Shown in pieces: positions 19,301 through 27,200 of a stretch of DNA of 60,840 nucleotides (positions within the stretch are counted from its first letter, which is position 1; every line of letters begins with the position of its first letter). Position numbers and translations under genes: made by a program. The DNA comes from a virus (taxonomy: Duplodnaviria > Caudoviricetes), in the IMG/VR virus record IMGVR_UViG_3300009506_000030, positions 1 through 60,840 of that record. One strand, written 5' to 3'. The notes beneath the pieces were generated by a model. That model was not told where the DNA came from, ran no database searches, and saw only the letters and a program-made list of their open reading frames with translations.

Positions 19301-20245
19301 GAGAGAGAGTCGCACTGCATTGATTGCGCTCCATCCACCAGGAGATCCAACCATTGCAAAATTCTGCTTTCTTATTCTGAATCTGAATAACTGATTATCA
19401 TATGGATTGATACCCCACTGGTTCATGGCAGTATTTTGCTGGAAGTCCCACTGTGACCATTCAGCAGATTCTTCCTCATCCTTCAAGGCATCGTCAGGGG
19501 CTTCTGCTATGGGACACCAGAAATAATCAGTCCATCCACCAGAGCTGAAAGCAATACTTAGTGATTTAATAGCTTGTTTGTCATACCTGTAAATATTAAA
19601 AGATATGAAATCAGTAGCAGAAGAAGATGAACCATCATCAAAATAGTTTAAGTTTAACGTAGACTCTGGAGAATAAGTCATTGTAGCAGTTTCGCTGTCA
19701 GACTCCTGCGAGAATCTTAAAGCAGCATCTCCATATAATCTGTGCGTTGGACTTCTGTCAATACTTGCAGAACCTGCTCCACCACCAGCGCTGTATGTCC
19801 ATTGAGCAGTTTCATCAGACCTCGATATTATCTTAGTGGCATTGGGATTTGGGATACCAGCTTTAAAGAGATAATTACAATCAGTATCGCCAGCTGACCT
19901 TCTTACCCTTGCCATTTTTACTTCATCTTCATAATTACTATAAAATATCTTATTGCCAAACTGTTCAAGATCACCTATAGTAGTTCCAGAGATAACAGCA
20001 GGAGATGCAGAATCTGAAGTATCTCGTAATGAATAACTCAACCATGTATTAGCTGTATCCTGTGTAAACCTTATTATTGTCTGGCCATTTGAATTTGCCA
20101 CATAATCAGAATGAACTGTTACTGCAAAAAACTCATCTGCATATTCAGAAGCAGAGTTTATGGCAGGAACAAATTTAGATCTGTCACTATGGTAGTATTT
20201 ATATAAAGCAGTTATTGTTGTTTCAGATGTAGCTATAGGAGCCAT
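16313..20245 (-). CDS. tail nozzle / packaged-DNA stabilization protein (P22 gp10 / T7 gp12-like) with large inserted domains
   Basis: C-terminal GCIARRSV...IWLSRDGL propeller-type motifs; position after adaptor genes. Confidence 0.6.
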   Translation of the reverse strand: MAPIATSETTITALYKYYHSDRSKFVPAINSASEYADEFFAVTVHSDYVANSNGQTIIRFTQDTANTWLSYSLRDTSDSASPAVISGTTIGDLEQFGNKIFYSNYEDEVKMARVRRSAGDTDCNYLFKAGIPNPNATKIISRSDETAQWTYSAGGGAGSASIDRSPTHRLYGDAALRFSQESDSETATMTYSPESTLNLNYFDDGSSSSATDFISFNIYRYDKQAIKSLSIAFSSGGWTDYFWCPIAEAPDDALKDEEESAEWSQWDFQQNTAMNQWGINPYDNQLFRFRIRKQNFAMVGSPGGWSAINAVRLSLEGDSQASASNPAMITFNDITLLKTPPIAKSYAIQWATFEEQDPNSSYGWLTNTATYTKATFNRRMTKEGVSCLVISGGQSTAHCSIEFDTGQDFVTFADGVTANTACVLSMNCGWKGLDAATVGGGWPTVVWGNFTAPRLRFYSGGQVFADGNYMTVAFGMGTSLRGGGLKKMTRFDPDGSLSLNWTKTGIGCDWTNITRIDAYGPRWLAGAAGWSFYVDDLKLEWPKAAKIVNAFEPLDLISLDAVDQFADTNLKDYAWVADLATDVAEFVLKSTKYKTYGYGHATYPDYNHSSLGIAGCTLRVYGSKPFGMTIQRDPVAFGGDIGINLDEYKIPVVNIPPSWDWSNDEFGFIKYETIPSQLNDKFRIWIASEKPEQVSEIKIRLHGNNASNADLNNYWEYTITGQELLSAMQINPANLKQGGQEYLREIAKKSGGTLPEGVEDVVKADRIVRALQNYEQLDKSSLLFLTNYFTHPYNQQEVQGLIKHSMQYLGRDRGGWPSAIFEWDKKDMLLVRSGEAGKTPAWTDIRGHTFEVTGTGNEAVVCFDNFTMMNYGSLKGEYYYKVAVEDEEGYMSNTSEPSEKIIVDNKNVLLTDIFVPSAGEQERVESKKIFRLGGKSSTWRHVGDLAVDKNSFFDQKKEEDLGLVMPEDSFAPPKAKVMKAIGNNMYYGNCISRLGETFPYRVYVSEPFCGYRVNDFSSVDVPETMGNGVTAIDQYYNHIIIWTSHGMWSSTMGLTTPPVFRSDKGCIARRSVAQCDRGLIWLSRDGLMLGNISGVDDTFFLPINNIFESYTEKQLSNAIGFVKDKYYYLFYDQTNRKGLCCYLPGQQFSELTGTADATGPFDVHSVSLWRGVSDEDKIYYGRSNGEIYTMFDGETDNGTAIWTHLRTKDFTDPGIQFDKSLAASYWSIASLHTATYTPNITPAVICNQSSVDTMPTISATSTAFRSFASRAIQGDYGQFIGVEAKGTDRHKISQITMKIVPKPDNEYFND

Positions 20246-20254
20246 AATTCCCCT

Positions 20255-20437
20255 CTACGGTTTTGGTGAATGTGAGAATACAGTAATACCTTTCCTTGTT
20301 CTAAGTGCTCCCCTTCCTGGTATGTAGTTTTTTAGTATTTGCAGTTCATTCGGCTTACGCATATCTGCTGTACCGTTCTTATCAGTATTGAGCGTTAAGT
20401 CTATTTTTATTTCTATATACTGTTTTTCAATAGCCAT
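20255..20437 (-). CDS. 60 aa tail protein, paralogous to the N-terminus of the adjacent LamG protein
   Basis: ILKNYIP..G.LRTRKGITVFSH shared with 20437..22143. Confidence 0.7.
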   Translation of the reverse strand: MAIEKQYIEIKIDLTLNTDKNGTADMRKPNELQILKNYIPGRGALRTRKGITVFSHSPKP

Positions 20438-22143
20438 TATGAATATGTCTTGTTAAATATTTTATCTATTTCAGCATCTGTAAGTAATCTATTGATTACC
20501 ACTACTTCGTCTATATTCCCCGTAAAATTATTGGCAGGTGAAGTTTGATTAATCCTACCAATTTGTAGGGCATGTGTACTCATAGTATTATTGCCTGGAG
20601 CAGTTCCTGTATGATTATGCCCTCCCAACAAAGTGCCATCTTCATGCCTTACTCTCATAACCATAGAATTATCAGATGCTTTATAAGTACATCCTATATG
20701 ATACCAGTTATTAATAACCATAGATGCATCAGATGAAACAGTATATGATATATCTCCAACAGAGCCTATTTGCCATCTTGCATCACCAAATGAATTCATT
20801 GAAATAGCCCATGCCCTTCCTCCTGCTACTGAATCCCATTTAGTAACAATTCCTTGTGTTGATGCTCCTATCGCTTTGGGTCTTGCCCAACAACAGACTG
20901 AAAAATCTTTTTCACTTCCAGTTGATTGACCTGGAAAAGATGGGAGTAAACTTCCATCTGCTAATTCAGCCCTCTGTGATGATGCAGCGCATACCTCTAA
21001 ACATGAAATTCCCTCTGCTCCAATATAATTAAAAGATGGAGCAACAGGAGTTGAAAGATTTTGAGCATTAATCGAATCAACATAATTTCCGTCAAACTTC
21101 CATAGTGCAACAACATCGCTGTCTGAAGTGAAATCGTTTGCTGGTGACCATCTATCACTGTCACGCATTTCTCCTATTTTATCAATAAAAGAATTTTGAG
21201 TAATGAGATCACCGACACAAACTATAAAGTCATCAATCTGGCCTCTCCCTGCTCTAAAAGAAGGTGCTATTTGTATACCCTGATTATTTGTTGTACCTGA
21301 AGAATATTGTCCTGCATGTACTAATGCAGGAGAACAGGTCGCTGCTGTTTCAGTATCGTTAACTGAATCATAAACAACAAGTCCAGAATTACCAACATTA
21401 ACAGAACTCCACAATGCAACATGATACCATGTCCCAATCTGTATTGATGTTTCAGCACAAACAGTTCTCGTGATTCCAACTGAGTCGGCTATTGTTGCAT
21501 AAAAGTGATTGCTTCCTGAAGCTGAAGAAATTCCTATAATAAATCCGCCTGGCTTAGTATTTTGAGTTCTGGAAATATACAATGTCTTATTTGCACTATC
21601 AATGTATAACATTCTCAACCACATTGCCATGATAAAGCTATGCTTACCATCTGTATATCCAGGAAAGTTTATAGTTTCAAGAGCACAGTATTCCTTAAAA
21701 ACCCCTAACCATAATCCAGGTCCTGGAGGTATAGGATAATAGTAATCGGTATACCATGCTCCAGTACCTTCCTTACATGTCAGAGTCGGAGATATGCTAT
21801 TATTCGCAGTTACATTCCACCATCCAACTCCCTGTATTTCATCATCTATACTTTCAACGGCAGTTAAATTTATTATAGTTCCAGTATTTACGGAAGATTC
21901 TTCAAATCGTATCCAACATATACAATCAGGATCTGATGATGGGTCATATGGACCAGGAGTTGTTGTTGTCCATGGAGTATGAGCAAATACAGTAATTCCT
22001 TCTCTCGTTACCAGTATTTCCTCATCTGGTATATAATTTTTTAATATACTGAATCCACCTGCTGCTCTTTCAGGACTTGCTTCGTCCAGATGAGTATTGA
22101 GAGAAAACGGTGGAGCAATATTTATGTATGATTTATCAGCCAT
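20437..22143 (-). CDS. tail protein with two LamG/concanavalin A-like domains (putative receptor binding)
   Basis: WYHVAL / WYHIGCTY, FTGNIDEVVVINRLLTDAEI, VALWKFDG. Confidence 0.8.
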   Translation of the reverse strand: MADKSYINIAPPFSLNTHLDEASPERAAGGFSILKNYIPDEEILVTREGITVFAHTPWTTTTPGPYDPSSDPDCICWIRFEESSVNTGTIINLTAVESIDDEIQGVGWWNVTANNSISPTLTCKEGTGAWYTDYYYPIPPGPGLWLGVFKEYCALETINFPGYTDGKHSFIMAMWLRMLYIDSANKTLYISRTQNTKPGGFIIGISSASGSNHFYATIADSVGITRTVCAETSIQIGTWYHVALWSSVNVGNSGLVVYDSVNDTETAATCSPALVHAGQYSSGTTNNQGIQIAPSFRAGRGQIDDFIVCVGDLITQNSFIDKIGEMRDSDRWSPANDFTSDSDVVALWKFDGNYVDSINAQNLSTPVAPSFNYIGAEGISCLEVCAASSQRAELADGSLLPSFPGQSTGSEKDFSVCCWARPKAIGASTQGIVTKWDSVAGGRAWAISMNSFGDARWQIGSVGDISYTVSSDASMVINNWYHIGCTYKASDNSMVMRVRHEDGTLLGGHNHTGTAPGNNTMSTHALQIGRINQTSPANNFTGNIDEVVVINRLLTDAEIDKIFNKTYS

Positions 22144-22799
22144 TAAGGAGTTTCACCTATGTCCTGTATACCTTCTTTCATTGGTTCTGGAATATAATGT
22201 GTATTAATCTGAGAAATAATTCTGTTCAGTTCCTGTATATACATATTATAAACAGATTGCGCCAGTTCAAGTTCAAGCCTCTTTAAATGCCCCATGTATA
22301 CTCCATACATAGTTACTAAGTGATGGTACATATTTGGCAAATTGAGAGTTCCTTGAGCTGTTTGTCTTCCTTCTATCCATATATAGGGTATGAGAGTTAA
22401 CGTTGCAGTAGGGACATGTGAAAGAACAATCTTTTCATTCCAGCAAGTCCACTTCATTTGATCAGATCCTATTCCAGCAACTCTTCCTATCTGTTCTGGT
22501 GTAATATAATCAAGAGATATATTATTGCTTGTAACAATAGTTTTAATGCCAAGTGTTGCGATGGATGTTTGCAATCCAACCGTACCCATAGCACTTGGCC
22601 ATGAATAAGTAGATATACCGCTTGTGGTAGTTATGCCAGTAGTAACTATAACAGTATTGCAAAATGTCTTTATACTTACATCTCTCACTCCATCATTAAT
22701 CCATGTGTTTATTGCACTGTCTGTAAAGTGTCTTGCAGTTGGTTCTGCCAATAGATGGCGTATCCTTGTTCTTACTGCTGTTCTAGTTAACCCAGGCAT
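22143..22799 (-). CDS. head-tail adaptor-like protein
   Basis: R.RIR.LL.E....FTDS.IN.WIN.G and LP..YH.L...Y pattern. Confidence 0.65.
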   Translation of the reverse strand: MPGLTRTAVRTRIRHLLAEPTARHFTDSAINTWINDGVRDVSIKTFCNTVIVTTGITTTSGISTYSWPSAMGTVGLQTSIATLGIKTIVTSNNISLDYITPEQIGRVAGIGSDQMKWTCWNEKIVLSHVPTATLTLIPYIWIEGRQTAQGTLNLPNMYHHLVTMYGVYMGHLKRLELELAQSVYNMYIQELNRIISQINTHYIPEPMKEGIQDIGETP

Positions 22800-22811
22800 A
22801 ATAATATCTCC

Positions 22812-23753
22812 TTAATATAATGCATCCCATGGATCATGACTAACATACCATTTCTGTCCTCTGAAATAAGATTTAAAAAAATTATCACTGGTATATTTTG
22901 CATGTGTTCTTGCTCTCCAGTCATGCGCAAGAGCATTGTCTAATGCTGAAGATGCCTTAGTATATGCATTCTTAAGCATGTCATCTGAAATAGTAGCAGG
23001 ATTGATCATGCGTTTTCTCTGCATGAGATCAATCTGAGCAAAACAGTTAATAAGATAACTGTCAAGTAATGGAGTAGTTGTTGAAATAAGTGTTTCTGGT
23101 CGTAGCCTCCCCCTTCCCCTAAGCTCATAGACTCCATCTATTTTAGCTGGGTAGATCTGTATGAGTGTAGCTCCTGCAGAATTTACACCTACGTTTCTCC
23201 ACTTTGATGGTTCACCTTCTGATTGCAGATCTGGATCAACCTTTTCAAAAGTAGAAGTAGTCATCTCTTCCAGATAGCTGTCATGCATAATGTGTATTAC
23301 TGTTTCTACAGCAGTAGGTATTGCATATATATGCTTAAATATTGAATAGCTGTCACCAGAAGATGAAGCAGCAGTAGTTGTTATCCCAAGATATGCTTCT
23401 GTTATAGTAAGAGCTATAGATGTATTTGATGTTATTACATAGTAAGCAGCTTCATCATACTTCTTAACAAACATACCAGCAAAATTAAGAGTAGTTCCTC
23501 CAGCAGAAGTTCCCCATGCAGCACTTACATTTGTAGCAGCATCGATGTTTGTTCCACCAGCACTGAAAATAACACCACCAGTTTCTACGTATTCTTTTGT
23601 GGCAAACTTAAATTCAGCATCAAACTTGGACCATGGGTACATATAAGACAATTCTGAATATGCCCTGTTAATGGCATTATCAATCTCTGTAGGAGTAAAC
23701 CCTGGAACCCATGTACTTAAATCATTTCTCATCTGTGCCAATGTTTGTCTCAT
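22812..23753 (-). CDS. second adaptor-like virion protein with Thr/Ser-rich insertion
   Basis: TLAQMRND...EID.AINRAY N-terminus; G.P..W...IYP motif. Confidence 0.55.
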   Translation of the reverse strand: MRQTLAQMRNDLSTWVPGFTPTEIDNAINRAYSELSYMYPWSKFDAEFKFATKEYVETGGVIFSAGGTNIDAATNVSAAWGTSAGGTTLNFAGMFVKKYDEAAYYVITSNTSIALTITEAYLGITTTAASSSGDSYSIFKHIYAIPTAVETVIHIMHDSYLEEMTTSTFEKVDPDLQSEGEPSKWRNVGVNSAGATLIQIYPAKIDGVYELRGRGRLRPETLISTTTPLLDSYLINCFAQIDLMQRKRMINPATISDDMLKNAYTKASSALDNALAHDWRARTHAKYTSDNFFKSYFRGQKWYVSHDPWDALY

Positions 23754-23757
23754 TTTG

Positions 23758-23940
23758 TTACTCCTGAATAGCTTGTTCTTTTAACAATTCATCAAGCATT
23801 AATATTTTACCCCTGATTTGCTCGTTAAGCACAATAAGCTGATCATATTCATTTTTTAAATCAATTATTTTCTTGCTATTCTTCTCGAAATCAGCTATAT
23901 ATTTAGTTCTTTTATCCTGTAGCATTAATTGTAGCCCCAT
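23758..23940 (-). CDS. coiled-coil hypothetical (possible fibre assembly factor)
   Basis: ORF track; downstream of the fibre gene. Confidence 0.55.
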   Translation of the reverse strand: MGLQLMLQDKRTKYIADFEKNSKKIIDLKNEYDQLIVLNEQIRGKILMLDELLKEQAIQE

Positions 23941-23941
23941 A

Positions 23942-24265
23942 TTATTCCTTTAAAGACAATCCTTGATCAATAGTAGTTTGTAAAGATATATTTTCATCAG
24001 TATTAATAGTTTGAACATTTTGTAAATAAGCAATTTTATCATCAATTAAATCATTTAATATATTCTGCTTAATAGCATCTGATAAATATATATTTAATAT
24101 TTGTAATAATGTTCTTGACAAAAGCCATTCTTCTGAAAGTTTTGGAGTTTGTTCAACTGTTATTCTTTCTCTAATTAAATCTTTTAATACATCTTGCTTA
24201 ATCTGTGTCCAAGCCACTTCTTTATCCTTTTTAGGTTTTTTGGGTTTCTTAGGTTTTTTTGTCAC
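23942..24265 (-). CDS. hypothetical protein
   Basis: ORF track; overlaps the fibre stop. Confidence 0.55.
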   Translation of the reverse strand: MTKKPKKPKKPKKDKEVAWTQIKQDVLKDLIRERITVEQTPKLSEEWLLSRTLLQILNIYLSDAIKQNILNDLIDDKIAYLQNVQTINTDENISLQTTIDQGLSLKE

Positions 24266-27200
24266 ATAATATTTTTCTTAATTCATTAATTTGTTTTTGC
24301 TGTTTTTTAATCATTTCAATTGCATAAATACTAAAGTTCATATAATTAAGTGATTCAGGAAGACCATCCTTGTCATAATTAACCAAATAGTCTAACCCTA
24401 ATTCTTCTATCTCTTCAGCAATATATCCAAGAGAATATTTTTCACCCCCAAGACCAGTAAAAGTTTTTGGTTGTACTTCTAAAATCTTTGACCATTCACA
24501 ATCATAGGGTTCAATATTTTTCTTAAAGCGTTTTGATGATGTTACTCTATGGATAGTTCCATTTGTTGAATCCCAATATAATGGATCTGTAGTTGTTGTT
24601 GATTGTGGAATTGTATTAACATAAAGATATGAACTAGCAGTTGCTCCAATATGTAATCCACCTACACCATTAAACCATAGACCACATGAAGCTGTATTTG
24701 TACCTGCCAATACTAATTGATAATTATTAGTTCCTTTTGTTGGTGCATAAAAATATGCTTGATATTGATTAGTAATATATCCACCAGTTCCCAATACTGC
24801 TGAATCCCTTATCATTAATCCATATGAATTAGCTGCCTGAAATACGCCAGCTGTATCATTTATCCAATGATTAAGGTCTAATGCAATATTATTTAATGTT
24901 CTAAAAGTTCCATTGTATGATCTAGCACCCCAAGTCTGTATTCCATATGTAGTTGTACTGGCAACTGCACCACCAGTTGTACCTGATACATATGGCCCAA
25001 ATTGTAACCCATAACAAGCACCATTAACATTTGTATTGTTTAAAACAGTATATCCACCTATTCCTATCTTATCAGATGTATCTGCTGCTGCTGGAGTAGA
25101 TAATAAATCAACATATAAACTATATTTTTTAGTATTTTCAAGACTTGCATTTGATATTCTTGTCAAAGAAGAACAATTATGTACTGCATTGTTACCTATT
25201 CTTACCAATCCTTCTGCAGCAAATGTTGGAGCTACTGTTACTAAAGCAGAACCAGTAGTTGAATCGAACCTTAGATATTCTATAGGTGTTCCAGCATCAT
25301 CATAAAATGTAAATGCAGAAGTAATATTAGTCTGCATTGTTAAACTTCTTTCACCTGTAACAGATATATTTGCAGATGTTTTAATTGCACCATTAAATGT
25401 TGCAACTCCACTTACTGCAAATGTTTCACCAAAAGTAGCTGCACCTGATACATGAAAAGTAGTACCGCCAAATGTAGCCAATCCACATACAATAAAATTT
25501 CCACCACCAGTTCCTTGGAATGTAGCAGTACCACAACATACAAATGCTCCATTAGCGTTTAATTGTCCATAAACTGTTGTTGTGCTACTTACAGTTAAAG
25601 TGCCATTTAAAGATGTGTTCCCACTAACTGTAAGATTACCGCTTATGTTAACAGCACCATTGAGGGTTGATGTCCCACTTACAACTAATGCACCAATAGT
25701 TGTTGTACCTGAAACAGTAAGTGTACCGCTGATAGTTGTATTACCACCCAATGATGTTGTTCCACAAACAATCAACCCACCGCTTATTGTTGCTCCACCA
25801 GATACCGTTAATGCTCCAGTAACTACCATAGATGTAGCATTAACTGCTCCAAGAGTTAATGGATCTCCTATAGTAACAGTTGAAGAATTACCTAGAACAG
25901 TAGTAAGTAAAAATTGTGGACCAAAATTAAGGTATCCATCGCTTACACTAGTATTCCATTCAGGGTTTGCATTCTCTTCAATATATATTGCATTACCACC
26001 ACCTGCAGGTGTTGTCCATGCCCCCTGGCCATTAAGATATTCGCTTGCAACATTGCTAAGTTTAGGACATAACCCATGATAGGTACTTGTTGCATTTAAA
26101 TCAGTATTATCATCTGGTGTATTCCAATCATCAAGTTTTATTGATGTTAATGCTGTTCCATTTAAAGTTACTGCTCCACTTACTGATAACGTACTTTCAA
26201 AAGTTACTGCTCCACTCACTGTTAAGGTACTGTTTATTTTGGTAATTCCACCAAATGTTGTTGTTCCAGTAACAGTTACATTACCACTTATTGTGACAGC
26301 ACCATTCAAAGTAGTTGTACCACTTACAGTAAGCCCACTGCTTATAGTTAATCCACCATTGATAGTTGTAGCAGCTAATGTAGTAGTCCCACTTACAGTG
26401 AGAGTTCCATTTAAAGAAGTATCTCCGCTAACAGTTACATTACCACTAACCGTCAATCCACCATTTAATGTTGAAGTTCCGCTGACTACAAGACCACCAT
26501 TGGCATTTAACTGGCCATCTATAGTAGCTGTACCAGAAACAATAATATTATTATCAAATGTTGCCACTCCACTGACTTCAAGAGTATTATCTATAGTGGT
26601 AGCACCACCAAGTGTGGTAGTTCCACATACACTTAAAGTTGCTGTAACAACTAATGTATTGGTTGTTAATCCACCACTTACAGTAGTTGCTCCTTGTAAC
26701 GATGTAATACCACTGACAGTCAATGTTCCATTTAACGATGTATTTCCACTAACAGTTACATTACCACTTATTGTGACAGCACCATTAAGGGTACTTGTGC
26801 CAGAAACTACTAAAGCACCTATTGTGGTAGCACCAGATACAGTTAAAGTTCCTGATATGGTAGTATTCCCACCAAGAGAAGTAGTACCACTTACAATTAA
26901 ACCATCATTAATAGTAGTACCATCAAGCGTTATTGCACCACTTACAGTTAATCCACCAGAAATGGTAACAGCTCCTTGAAGCGTAGAAGATCCACTGACA
27001 ACTAAGTTATCATTAATAGTAGTTGTCCCATCAAGTGTTACCGCTCCAGCTATCTCAAGAGTTCCAGCTCCGCATATATTAGTGCCTACATTTAAATCAC
27101 CGCTTATTGTGGTATCACCAGAAACTGTAAGAGTTCCGCTTATGATAACATTGTCACTAAAGGTAGTCTGCCCACATACTGAAAGCGTTCCACTAACTGA

